NCBI GenBank assembly: GCA_963790305.1 | Contig: CAWBOC010000006.1 | Location: forward strand, 160,001-224,000 | From: an uncultured Gemmatimonadaceae bacterium | GTDB lineage: Bacteria > Gemmatimonadota > Gemmatimonadetes > Gemmatimonadales > Gemmatimonadaceae | DNA: 64,000 nt | Direction of reading: 5' to 3' | Shown here: positions 41,276 to 52,693 of the stretch, piece after piece | Position numbering within the stretch: the stretch's first letter is position 1 | Layout: each line of letters starts with the position of its first letter | Position numbers and translations under genes: made by a program | Notes under the pieces: generated by a model | Seen by the model: the letters and a program-made list of their open reading frames with translations, nothing else | What the model was told of the DNA's origin: nothing | Databases searched by the model: none

Positions 41276-42153
41276 GCTGACACCACGGTCCAGATGTCGA
41301 TCGCGCGCGCGACGACCGCGTCGAGGTCCCGCAGCGGCAGCATGTTGGGGCCGTCACTCGGTGCGGTGTCCGGCGTAGGATGCGTCTCGAGAAAGAGGCC
41401 GTTCGCGCCGGCGGCTACCGCCGCCATTGTGAGCGCGGCAATGTGCTCGCGAGCGCCTCCGCTTGCGCCACCCTCGCCGCGTCCAGGCTGCTGCACGGAG
41501 TGCGTCCCATCGAAGATCACCGGAGCTTCACACGCCTCACGCATGCGCGCGAACGATCGCATGTCCACGACGAGATCACCGTAGCCGAAAAACGTCCCGC
41601 GTTCAGTCACGGCGATTTCAGACGCGCCTGGCGCGTCTGAAATCGCTTGTTCATCGAATCGCTGGTTGCCTGCGGCAACCAGCCTTGCTCCTTCCGCCCG
41701 CCGACCGCCCGCGCGACGAACCTTGTTCACCGCGCCGCGCATCCCTTCGGGATGCATCCATTGTCCCTTCTTCACATTCACCGGCTTGCCTGTAGCGCCG
41801 GCCGCCTCGAGCAGGTCCGTTTGACGACAGAGAAAGGCAGGAATCTGCAGGACGTCGGCAACTTCCGCCGCGGCGGCGCATTGCTCCGGGAGGTGGACAT
41901 CGGTGAGCACACGCAGTCCGGTCGCGCGCTTGACGTGCTCCAGCGCGCGCAGACCCTCGTCCATTCCCGGCCCTCGCGCCGCACCAGCGTTGGATCGATT
42001 GGCCTTGTCGAAGCTTGCCTTGTAGATCACGCCACCCGGTACGCGCTCGCTCAGCCGGGCGAGATGCTCACCCACACGGACGTTGAGCGCATCGCTCTCG
42101 ACCACGCATGGGCCGGCGATGAGAAAGAGCGCGTCGTCCGGAAAGGTGCGCAC
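41272..42153 (-). CDS. kdsA: KDO-8-phosphate synthase
   Basis: IAGPCVVES, KASFDKANRS, QIPAFLCRQTDL, KKGQ, TERG, DGTHSVQ, ETHP, SDG. Confidence 0.96.
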   Translation of the reverse strand: MRTFPDDALFLIAGPCVVESDALNVRVGEHLARLSERVPGGVIYKASFDKANRSNAGAARGPGMDEGLRALEHVKRATGLRVLTDVHLPEQCAAAAEVADVLQIPAFLCRQTDLLEAAGATGKPVNVKKGQWMHPEGMRGAVNKVRRAGGRRAEGARLVAAGNQRFDEQAISDAPGASEIAVTERGTFFGYGDLVVDMRSFARMREACEAPVIFDGTHSVQQPGRGEGGASGGAREHIAALTMAAVAAGANGLFLETHPTPDTAPSDGPNMLPLRDLDAVVARAIDIWTVVSA

Positions 42154-42155
42154 GT

Positions 42156-44598
<2,443 letters not shown>

Positions 44599-44678
44599 GG
44601 GCCGAGAGGAAGCGCGCGCGGCGCTGCAAGATTCACACCACGAGTATATCGCCTACCGCGCGAAAACGCAAACCCGCC

Positions 44679-44882
44679 TCATGCTTCGCGTTTCTGGCGG
44701 CATTCGACGCAGGTGGCGCGACCGGTGAGCGCCGCCCGCCAGCGGCTCAGCAGGTCGCCGTGCAGGTCCGCCGGACAGAGGATGCGGTCGCAGCGCTGAC
44801 ACAGGCCTCCCTTGATTGGCTCGAATGGGAGGCCGCAGCGCTCGCACTCCATGTACACCGTAGGAGACCGCTTCATCATCAT
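44679..44882 (-). CDS. Small Cys-rich putative zinc-finger protein
   Basis: CERC...CQRCDRILCPADLH...CVEC in about 60 aa; start at 44882 or 44852. Confidence 0.55.
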   Translation of the reverse strand: MMMKRSPTVYMECERCGLPFEPIKGGLCQRCDRILCPADLHGDLLSRWRAALTGRATCVECRQKREA

Positions 44883-45028
44883 GCTCACGCGCCAAGCTAC
44901 TTTGTGTGACGGCACCGAGCAATCGACGAAAGGGACTCGACAGCGGCGCGCCTGACTCGCCATCCTTGGACGAACGGTACGACGCACCTGGGCGGGATGC
45001 TTTCACCCTCAGCTCAATCGTGGCGAGC

Positions 45029-45472
45029 ATGGACAGTTCGCGCTTCACCGGCGACAGCGCACGAGGCCGGCGCGGCAACAAGGCGCCGTATTTCCTCAAG
45101 CCGGAACGCGAAGGAATGGTGTCCGTCTTCCGGCGACCGGCGGGCAATCGTATCGACCCCAAGCTGTGTGGCACGATGCCGAGCCGCGCAATGGCCGCGG
45201 CGCTCGTTGGCCAGCTCATGCGAGCGGAGTCCGTGGTGAAGGACCTCTTTCTCGAAGCCACCGACGATGGGATCGAGGCGCTGGAAGCCGTTCTGCTCGC
45301 GTGCAGAACGTCGGTGATGGAACGCGGCGCTGGACGCGCCGCGAACGCCCGCCCTGGCGCCGGTCGGCCCGGTGGCGGGCGACGCCGTGGCCGGCGACGC
45401 GGGGGGCCACGGGACATCCCGGGAAGCGACTCTGACACATCTTCCTCCCCCGAGATGGATCAGGAAGGCTGA
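45029..45472 (+). CDS. Hypothetical protein with Arg/Gly-rich then acidic tail
   Basis: ORF with a globular-looking core (KAPYFLK...LEAVLLACR) and a low-complexity tail; start uncertain. Confidence 0.55.
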   Translation: MDSSRFTGDSARGRRGNKAPYFLKPEREGMVSVFRRPAGNRIDPKLCGTMPSRAMAAALVGQLMRAESVVKDLFLEATDDGIEALEAVLLACRTSVMERGAGRAANARPGAGRPGGGRRRGRRRGGPRDIPGSDSDTSSSPEMDQEG

Positions 45473-45481
45473 CACGTATCC

Positions 45482-46087
45482 CTAGCCCGCACGCTCCAGT
45501 GCTGTCAGCGTGCCCGCCGTCGACCTCGCGGCATAGCAGTGCGGGCCGCACTGGATGAATCCGGCGGTCTTCAGCAGACGGCGATAGTATGCGGCGGAGC
45601 GGGGCCGCCACCCGCGCGTATCTCCCACGACCTCGTCGGCGCTCGTGAACAGCTCGAGAAAGGCGATTCCCCGCGTCAGACGCCCGAGCGTTCGCGCTGC
45701 GCGCCGGAGCGGTTCGTCCGGGAGAAAGTTCAGCACCCCGCTGGCGATGACGACGTCGAATGGGCCACGCAGGGGCAGCGTGTCGAGCGAGTCCGCCGAC
45801 CCGTGCATGATGTTGCGGCGCCGTCCGAACCGTTGCACGACGTAGCGGCTCGAATCCACGCCCACATACCGCAGTCGCGGACGGCGCGCCAGGAGTGGAG
45901 CACGCCAGTTCCCTTCCCCGCACCCCACATCGAGCACCGACCGCACCGGCCGCTCGAGTACGTACTCGGCGAGCGACAGCACGAGCGCCGCGCGCCTTGC
46001 GATCTCGGCTCGATCGAGCACGCGGCGACGCGGATCCCGATACCACCGGTCGAAGTAGGCGCGATCGAAGCGCGTTCGGTTCCCCAT
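45482..46087 (-). CDS. Class I SAM-dependent methyltransferase
   Basis: VLDVGCGEG, YVGVD, FDVVIASGVLNFL; GGAGA RBS upstream of 46087. Confidence 0.85.
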   Translation of the reverse strand: MGNRTRFDRAYFDRWYRDPRRRVLDRAEIARRAALVLSLAEYVLERPVRSVLDVGCGEGNWRAPLLARRPRLRYVGVDSSRYVVQRFGRRRNIMHGSADSLDTLPLRGPFDVVIASGVLNFLPDEPLRRAARTLGRLTRGIAFLELFTSADEVVGDTRGWRPRSAAYYRRLLKTAGFIQCGPHCYAARSTAGTLTALERAG

Positions 46088-46186
46088 CGACGACTCTCCG
46101 TTGTGCGCATCCGCGAAACGTGTCATGTTCGCCGGCCGTAGTGTACGTGGTGCTCCATTGCTTGCCTACCGATGCCGGAGGTCGCT

Positions 46187-46390
46187 GTGGAATGGACGAT
46201 CATCGCGGTCAACTTTCTGTACGCCGCGCTGGGTGTGGTGCTGATGTACGCGAGCTATCGCCTGATCGATCTCGTGACGCCGAACGTGGACTTCGCCGCC
46301 GAGCTCAAGAATGGCAACGTCGCGGTCGCGATTTTCATCGCGGCGCTGTTCGTTGCGATCGCGATCATCATTGGGGGCGCGCTGAACTGA
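46187..46390 (+). CDS. DUF350 small membrane protein
   Basis: Two TM helices joined by DLVTPNVDFAAELKNGNVAVAI; GGAGG RBS before GTG. Confidence 0.85.
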   Translation: MEWTIIAVNFLYAALGVVLMYASYRLIDLVTPNVDFAAELKNGNVAVAIFIAALFVAIAIIIGGALN

Positions 46391-46499
46391 GGGGTCAGCA
46401 GTCAGAGGTGTCGGGGTGCAGGCTCAACGCGAACAGCTCGCACGCCACAATTCCATTCCCTGACACCCCCTGACCCCTGACCCCTGACTCCTGACTCCT
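46391..46499. repeat. Heptamer (CCTGACY)n tandem repeat with inverted copy (hairpin)
   Basis: GGGGTCAGCAGTCAGAGGTGTCGGGG (46391-46416) is imperfectly complementary to CCCTGACACCCCCTGACCCCTGACCCCTGACTCCTGACTCCT (46458-46499). Confidence 0.8.
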
Positions 46500-46503
46500 A
46501 TTC

Positions 46504-47166
46504 ATGACACCAATGCGCACGATTCTCACCTTCGCATTCGTACTCTCGATCGCGTTTCCTCTGTCCGCGCAGCGCGCGGTCACGGGGAGGCCGACGCGTG
46601 ACAATACACGCTACGACGATCTCTTCAGGAAGTACTCGAAACGATTCTTTGGTGTCGGGTACGATTGGCGCTACTTCAAGGCACAAGGAATGGCCGAGAG
46701 CAATCTGGACAGCGCCGCGCGCAGCTACGTCGGGGCGCGCGGGATCATGCAGCTGATGCCCAGCACGTTCGCCCAGATCCAGTCGCGACGGACGGAATTC
46801 GAGTCCATCGATCATGTCGAGTGGAACATCGCCGCCGGCATCCTGCACGATCGATATCTGTGGCAGCGCTGGAAGGATCTCGGGGCCGACGAGGAACGCC
46901 GGCGGTTCATGTTCGGGAGCTACAATGCCGGTGAGGGTCCCATCCTCCGCGCTCGTGGGATGGTTCGCCAGCGACAGCTCGACGCGTACGCGTGGACGAG
47001 CATCGAGCAGGTGGCGCCCGAGGTGCAACGGTGGCGCTATCGCGAAACGCTGGGGTACGTGCGGAAGATTCAGCGCAACCATCAGCAGCTCACGGCACGC
47101 GACCTCGCACGACGGAAGCTTGCCCGGGTGCCAACAGACTCAGCGAAAGAGCGAGAGCCCCACTGA
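46504..47166 (+). CDS. Secreted lytic transglycosylase (SLT, MltF-like catalytic domain)
   Basis: Signal peptide, AES, GARGIMQLMP, NIAAG, SYNAG, ETLGYV. Confidence 0.92.
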   Translation: MTPMRTILTFAFVLSIAFPLSAQRAVTGRPTRDNTRYDDLFRKYSKRFFGVGYDWRYFKAQGMAESNLDSAARSYVGARGIMQLMPSTFAQIQSRRTEFESIDHVEWNIAAGILHDRYLWQRWKDLGADEERRRFMFGSYNAGEGPILRARGMVRQRQLDAYAWTSIEQVAPEVQRWRYRETLGYVRKIQRNHQQLTARDLARRKLARVPTDSAKEREPH

Positions 47167-48633
47167 GAACTTCGAGTCGCGCGAAACCGGGTCGATCGTC
47201 CAATCGACCTTGATCGGTCCAACGAGGAGACGAACACCAATGTTCTGCTCGAACGGTGGCAGCGAGTCGACCCCCGCCATACCGATCATGTGCCGGAACA
47301 TGATGACCGGTGATCCCACGATCGGAAGCTGAATTCGTTCGATCGGAATCGCGTAGCGGCTCTCGAGGAAGAGCAGCCGGTCTCCGCCGAATTCGAGCAG
47401 GTCGAAGGTCGGGAGCGTTCCACTTCCGCCGAGGTATGCAAAACGCTGGGGCGGCGCCGTGTCGCCGAAGGTGTGAACGGCGTGCGCTTCGAACGAGAAG
47501 GTGTGGTTGCGGAACGCGGGAAAGGCAACGATTGCCTCGAGCGTCGCCTGCGTGAAGCGGGTGTCGTCAGGGGTGTCGAGCGACGTCTCAGTCAGTACGC
47601 GCGTACTGAGCGCAACCTGCTGCCGCTCCCAATCGAAGCGACCACCTGCCAAAGCGGATGTGATTCGGCCATGCCGCACGGCGGGATTCGGGCGTCGCAT
47701 GCCCTCCTCGACATCGTTCCGGCCAAACACGCTCCATGGACCGCCCGCAGTCACCGACCATGCGCGTTCGGTGCGTCCACCAATCTCCAGCGCCAACATC
47801 GTCGCCGCGCGCTCCCAGCGTCGCTGCAGCAACGCCTCTCCTCGATCCGCGCGCCAGTAGTTCCGGTAATCGCGGCCGGCTAACAGTGCGGAGATGAAGT
47901 TCGCGATGTCCGACTGGATCCAGGCGTCATTCGTGAACGTGCCACGGGCGGCTCGCACCTCGAGACTCGTCAGGCGGCCAAGGCCGAGTCGCGCCGTCAG
48001 CGACGGATCGATTGCTCCCAGGTCCGACCGGTAGGTGAGCACGGGATCGATCACAATGCGTCCGGTGTCGAGCATGACGCGCGGTCCCCACGGCAAGCCG
48101 AGTCCGTCGACGCGGGTGTATGTCGGCAAGCGAAACCCAAACACGATGGGGAACGTCAGCGTTTCGTCGCGGCGCGGCGAGACAGCGCGCCAGTCGAGCG
48201 TGAACCCGCCATCGCTGGAGCGAGCGATGGAATACGTCACATCGCGGAAGCTCTCCGTGCCGAGTCCGACGGTCGCCAGCGACGAGGGATAGACGCCGCC
48301 TCCAATCGCGACGGCGCGTCCGTCGATGGCCGCGCCCGGGTGAAGGAAGAGATCGCCATCCACGACGATCACATCGCCATGGACGATGCTCGCGACGGTT
48401 GCGTCCCCGCCCAGGATGAGCACGCTGCGGTCGATGGTCGAATCGCGCGGAAGATGGACGACACTATCCGGCACCACGAGCGAGAACGGGCGCGCGAGGA
48501 GCTCCTGCATGATGACACCGGGCCGGCCGCGCCCTGAGGTTCGCAGTACGACCCGCTGCGATTCCTGCGCGGCGATCGCGTCGCCGACGAGAACGAGCAT
48601 CACCGCGACGACGCACGAGCGCGCGGTCAGCAT
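47140..48633 (-). CDS. Outer-membrane beta-barrel protein with N-terminal beta-helix-like region
   Basis: Signal peptide, repeated GD-V-V/GG motifs, YTRVDG, LGGSGTL and terminal FSVGLSLFR. Confidence 0.65.
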   Translation of the reverse strand: MLTARSCVVAVMLVLVGDAIAAQESQRVVLRTSGRGRPGVIMQELLARPFSLVVPDSVVHLPRDSTIDRSVLILGGDATVASIVHGDVIVVDGDLFLHPGAAIDGRAVAIGGGVYPSSLATVGLGTESFRDVTYSIARSSDGGFTLDWRAVSPRRDETLTFPIVFGFRLPTYTRVDGLGLPWGPRVMLDTGRIVIDPVLTYRSDLGAIDPSLTARLGLGRLTSLEVRAARGTFTNDAWIQSDIANFISALLAGRDYRNYWRADRGEALLQRRWERAATMLALEIGGRTERAWSVTAGGPWSVFGRNDVEEGMRRPNPAVRHGRITSALAGGRFDWERQQVALSTRVLTETSLDTPDDTRFTQATLEAIVAFPAFRNHTFSFEAHAVHTFGDTAPPQRFAYLGGSGTLPTFDLLEFGGDRLLFLESRYAIPIERIQLPIVGSPVIMFRHMIGMAGVDSLPPFEQNIGVRLLVGPIKVDWTIDPVSRDSKFSVGLSLFR

Positions 48634-49206
48634 CCCGCGAGATCGAGGAAGTTTCGGAGGAGCTGCTTCCCGTGCGCCGTGAGAATGGATTCGGGGTGGA
48701 ACTGTACCCCCCAGACCTTATGTGTCCGATGCCGAACGGCGTGGACCTCTCCGGGATCGTCGGTGGCGACGGCAAGGATCTCGAGCGACTCCGGCATCGT
48801 GTCGCGCTCGACCACCAGGGAATGATAGCGCATCACTTCCATGGGGCTCGGCAAGCTCTCGAACAGGTCTGTTCGCGTCATGCAGGATGCGCGATGTCTT
48901 GCCATGCATGACGCGGCGCGCGCGCACCACACGCCCGCCGTACGCTTCGCCGATCGCCTGGTGCCCCAGGCAGACCCCCAGCATGGGAATTCGTGCGCCA
49001 CACGCCCGTACCAGCGGGACAGTGATCCCCGCCTCGGCCGGGGTGCAGGGTCCAGGGGAAAGCACGATCGCTCGCGGCGCCATGGTCTCGACATCAGCGA
49101 CGGTGACAGCATCGTTGCGCCTCACGACCGGCTCCTCGCCAAGCTCGCCCAGGTATTGAACGAGGTTGTACGTGAACGAGTCGTAGTTGTCGATGACGAG
49201 GATCAT
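48627..49206 (-). CDS. pabA: Anthranilate/aminodeoxychorismate synthase component II; frameshift near 48870
   Basis: IDNYDSFTYNL, SPGPCTP, GVCLGHQ, MHGKTS, RYHSL, GVQFHPES; trpG versus pabA cannot be distinguished. Confidence 0.9.
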
Positions 49207-49217
49207 GCGGCAGCGCG

Positions 49218-50129
49218 TCAACCTCGCGGGTGAAACTGCTTGTGGACAGTGCGCAGGTACTCCCGATCGACGTGGGTATAGATCTGGGTCGTCGAGATAT
49301 CGGCGTGTCCAAGCATCTCCTGTACCGCGCGTAAATCTGCCCCTCCCTCGAGGAGGTGAGTCGCGAAGGAGTGCCGGAGCGTGTGCGGCGAGACGTGCTT
49401 CTCGAGATGCGCCTTGTCCACGTACTTGCGGAGCATTTTCCAGGCACCCATGCGGGTGAGCGGAGCGCCGCGCGCGTTCAGAAACAGCACGCCTTTGCCA
49501 CTTCCACGCTCGAGGCGTGGCCGCAGCTCACGCACGTAAACCGCGACAGCGCCGATAGCGCGCCGTCCGATCGGGACGAGACGCTCCTTGCTCCCCTTCC
49601 CGAACACCCGCAACAGGGCGTCCTCGAGCAGCAGGTCACGTACGCCGAGCGAAATCCATTCGGAGACGCGAAGCCCTGCTCCGTAGGCCAGCTCGAGCAT
49701 GGCTCGATCACGGAAGGCCATGGGCTCGTCGAGGGTCACGGCATCGAGAAGCCGCTGGACTTCGTCGGCGGTCAGGACGTCGGGCAGTGTCAGCCAGCGT
49801 TTTGGCGTGTCGAGACGCTCACTCGGGTCGCTGACGAGATACCCTTCGGAGATCAGGAAGCGAAAGTAGGTCCGGACGGCCGAGACGTTGCGGCGTATCG
49901 AAGCCGGAGCCAATCCGACGTCCTTGAGGTGATAGACGAAATCGCGCAGGAGGCGTGGCGACGCTCCCACCGGTTCGCGAACGCCCTTGGTTCGCGCGTA
50001 GCTGACGAAGCGACCGACATCGCGCGCGTACGCGTCGGTCGTGCGGAGCGCCGCTCCCTGTTCGAGCGTCAGGAAGTCCCCAAACCGTTCGAGGAGGAAT
50101 GCGCGACTGACCTCGTCATCGGTGATCAT
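49218..50129 (-). CDS. xerD: Tyrosine recombinase XerD
   Basis: RDRAMLELAYGAGLRVSE, GKGSKERLVP, HTLRHSFATHLLEGGADLRAVQEMLGH, TTQIYTHV, FHPR. Confidence 0.92.
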   Translation of the reverse strand: MITDDEVSRAFLLERFGDFLTLEQGAALRTTDAYARDVGRFVSYARTKGVREPVGASPRLLRDFVYHLKDVGLAPASIRRNVSAVRTYFRFLISEGYLVSDPSERLDTPKRWLTLPDVLTADEVQRLLDAVTLDEPMAFRDRAMLELAYGAGLRVSEWISLGVRDLLLEDALLRVFGKGSKERLVPIGRRAIGAVAVYVRELRPRLERGSGKGVLFLNARGAPLTRMGAWKMLRKYVDKAHLEKHVSPHTLRHSFATHLLEGGADLRAVQEMLGHADISTTQIYTHVDREYLRTVHKQFHPRG

Positions 50130-50731
50130 GTCGATCGGCGACGCCTGATCAAGTACCAACCCACCGCGAGAATGGCCGCTGCTCCGGCGATGAGTGCGGC
50201 CGTCGCTCCCGCCCCGCGCAGCCGCGCTTGCAAGGCTGCCCAATCACTCCCCACACGATACGCGATGACGGTCACGATGCCATACCAGATGGCCGACGCC
50301 ACGGCAATGGCGAGAGCTGCCCGTACAGGCGGAACGCGGAGCGCGCCGGCGAATGGAGGCACGAGCGCGCGCAATCCCGGGATGAAGCGACTGAGGAACA
50401 ATGCGAGGATTCCACGGCGCGCGTACATCGCTTCGAGCCGAGCTTCGTTGGCGCCGCCGCCAAAGCGTGCCATCCACTTGTGTGCGTACTGCGCTCCATA
50501 GCGACGGCCGAGGAGGTAGACGAGGAGCGCACCGGCAACGTTGCCGAACCAGGTGGCGAAGAACGCACCGAGCAGCGTCGCCTGCCCGCGTGCGGCCAGG
50601 AATGCGCCAAATGCCACGACCGTGTCCGCGGGAAGGGGCGGAAACAGGTTCTCGGCGGCCGACACCACCGCGAGCGCCGCATACAACGCTGCCGGTGGCA
50701 GTCCGGCCAGCCAGGCAAGTATGTCCTGCAC
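50126..50731 (-). CDS. DedA family membrane protein
   Basis: ENLFPPLPADTV, GNVAGALLVYLLGR, SRFIPGLR. Confidence 0.9.
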   Translation of the reverse strand: MQDILAWLAGLPPAALYAALAVVSAAENLFPPLPADTVVAFGAFLAARGQATLLGAFFATWFGNVAGALLVYLLGRRYGAQYAHKWMARFGGGANEARLEAMYARRGILALFLSRFIPGLRALVPPFAGALRVPPVRAALAIAVASAIWYGIVTVIAYRVGSDWAALQARLRGAGATAALIAGAAAILAVGWYLIRRRRST

Positions 50732-51206
50732 TCAGTGGCGAGCGATCGTCACGACCGCGATGCAGGCGAGCCCCTCGCCTTGCCCGATCCAACCCATTCC
50801 CTCGTTGGTCTTCCCCTTCACGCTCACGTCAGCGGTGTCGAGCCCGAGTGCGCCGGCGAGCGCGCCGCGCATGGCGTCTCGATAATCGATGATTCGGGGT
50901 CGCTCAGTCACCACGCTCACGTCGGCGTTTGTCACTCGCCAGCCGAGCGTGCGAACGCGCTCGACGGCCAGCCGGAGCATCTCGATCGAATCGCGTCCCC
51001 GGTTGGCCGGATCACGATCGGAGAACATCTCTCCGATGTCACCGGCCGCGGCCGCGCCGAGCAGGGCGTCGGTGATCGCGTGCGCGACCGCGTCGCCGTC
51101 CGAGTGGCCGACGAGGTGCATGTCAGCGGCAGATGTCGATCCCGCCCAGTCGCAGCGGCCCCCCCGGCGCAAAGCGATGGGAGTCGTAGCCGATGCCCGA
51201 GCGCAT
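50732..51206 (-). CDS. ispF: 2-C-methyl-D-erythritol 2,4-cyclodiphosphate synthase; frameshift near 51130
   Basis: GIGYDSHRF, GHSDGDAVAHAITDALLGA, GDIG, VKGKTNEG. Confidence 0.93.
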
Positions 51207-51208
51207 GC

Positions 51209-51628
51209 TCACGACGACAGGTTCAGAATTCGGATGGCGAGGGCGGCCGCGTTCTTCGCGTTGTCGATTCCCACCGTGCCAACGGGGACTCCGCTCGGCA
51301 GCTGGGCGATGGCGAACAGGGCGTCGAGCCCGTTCAGCGGACCGGACGCGAACGGAACGCCAATCACCGGCAAATCGGTGAGCGCCGAGACCGCACCAGG
51401 GAGAGCGGCGGACAGTCCGGCACCGGCAATGATCACCCGGAATCCACGCGACTTCGCCGTGCGCGCGAGCTCGGCGGTTCGGTCCGGATCGCGGTGGGCA
51501 CTCGAGACGATGAACTCGTAAGGCACCTTGGCCGTGTCGAGCATCTCGAGGGCCGGGGCCATTTTCGCCTCATCGGACTTCGAGCCGACGAGGACGAGCA
51601 CCAGGGGCGTACGAGCCGGGCGCGTCAC
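51209..51628 (-). CDS. purE: AIR carboxylase / N5-CAIR mutase
   Basis: GSKSD, SAHR, IAGAG, LPVIGVP, GLDAL, PSGVPVGTV, NAA. Confidence 0.9.
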   Translation of the reverse strand: MTRPARTPLVLVLVGSKSDEAKMAPALEMLDTAKVPYEFIVSSAHRDPDRTAELARTAKSRGFRVIIAGAGLSAALPGAVSALTDLPVIGVPFASGPLNGLDALFAIAQLPSGVPVGTVGIDNAKNAAALAIRILNLSS

Positions 51629-52656
51629 GCCGCGGCGCCCGCGGGCATGATGATCGAGTAGTCCTGCCGGCGTCGGGCAGGAATGAAACCGGCATCGAGG
51701 ATGAGCCGCTCCATTTCGTCGGTCGTCGTCCGGTGCGTGGTATTCGCGGCGGAGACGACGTTCTCCTCGAGCATGAGCGAGCCGAAGTCGTTGCAGCCGA
51801 ATCGCAGGGCAAGCTGCCCGATCTTCATTCCCATCGTGACCCAGCTCGACTGGAGGTTCGGCACGTTGTCGAGAACGATGCGCGCGATAGCGACCGTCCG
51901 CAGGTAATCGACGGCGTCCGTCTTCTGCATGTGGCCGAACTCGGGGGTGTTCTCCGGCTGTAGCGGCCAGCAAATGAAGGCGGTGAATCCGCCCGTTCGC
52001 GACTGTACATCGCGCACGCGCTCCAGGTGCTCGATGCGCTCGGCGAGCGTCTCGCCAATGCCGTACATCATGGTGACCGACGTCTTCATCCCCTGTTCGT
52101 GCGCGAGCTCCATGATCTCGAGCCAGCGGTCGGCGCCGGCTTTCTTCGGCGCGGCAATGTCACGGACCCGCTGCACGAGAATCTCACCGCCGCCGCCGGG
52201 GATCGAATCGAGACCCGCTGCACGGAGCTCGCGAATGACCTCACGCGCGTCGAGGCGAAAGAGCTTGGCGAAGAAATCGACCTCGCTCGGGGAGAACCCG
52301 TGGATGTGGATCGGGTGGTATTGCTTGATGTATCGCATCAAGTCGAGGTACCACTCGAAGGGGATGTACGGGTTGTGTCCGCCCTGAATGAGGATCTGCA
52401 CGGCGCCGAGCGCCTTGGCTTCGTCGATCTTGGCCCCGATCTGCTCGAAGGAGAGGGTGTACCCTTCCTGATGCTTCGGCCGCCGATAGAACGCGCAGAA
52501 GCCGCAGTCCGCCACGCAGACGTTCGTGTAATTGATGTTGCGATCGACGATGTACGTCACGATGCCGTGCGGATGCTTTGCCTCGCGCACGCGATCCGCC
52601 TCGATCCCAAGCTCGAGGAGCGGTGCGTTCTGGTAGAAGTCGAGGAGATCGCGCAT
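51625..52656 (-). CDS. mqnC: Cyclic dehypoxanthine futalosine synthase (radical SAM)
   Basis: TYIVDRNINYTNVCVADCGFCAF, QGGHNP, PGGGGEIL, SSWVT, DFGSLMLEENVV. Confidence 0.92.
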   Translation of the reverse strand: MRDLLDFYQNAPLLELGIEADRVREAKHPHGIVTYIVDRNINYTNVCVADCGFCAFYRRPKHQEGYTLSFEQIGAKIDEAKALGAVQILIQGGHNPYIPFEWYLDLMRYIKQYHPIHIHGFSPSEVDFFAKLFRLDAREVIRELRAAGLDSIPGGGGEILVQRVRDIAAPKKAGADRWLEIMELAHEQGMKTSVTMMYGIGETLAERIEHLERVRDVQSRTGGFTAFICWPLQPENTPEFGHMQKTDAVDYLRTVAIARIVLDNVPNLQSSWVTMGMKIGQLALRFGCNDFGSLMLEENVVSAANTTHRTTTDEMERLILDAGFIPARRRQDYSIIMPAGAAA

Positions 52657-52664
52657 GTGACTGC

Positions 52665-52693
52665 GGGGTCAGGAGTCAGGGATCAGGATCAGG
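52665..52693. repeat. Heptamer repeat of the CCTGACY family
   Basis: GGGGTCAGGAGTCAGGGATCAGGATCAGG, which reads CCTGA.. on the minus strand just upstream of mqnC. Confidence 0.65.

Noticed and set aside
46458..46499. Tandem repeats here and at 62887-63069 as CRISPR arrays
   Set aside because: The units are 7-10 bp with no unique spacers, and there are no cas genes.
49218..50129. Tyrosine recombinase as a phage or island integrase
   Set aside because: The sequence is housekeeping XerD-like, sits inside a core operon, and has no att repeats or cargo.
51209..51628. PurE-like gene as larB, partner of larC
   Set aside because: It has the PurE motifs GSxSD and SAHR and lacks the LarB N-terminal extension.
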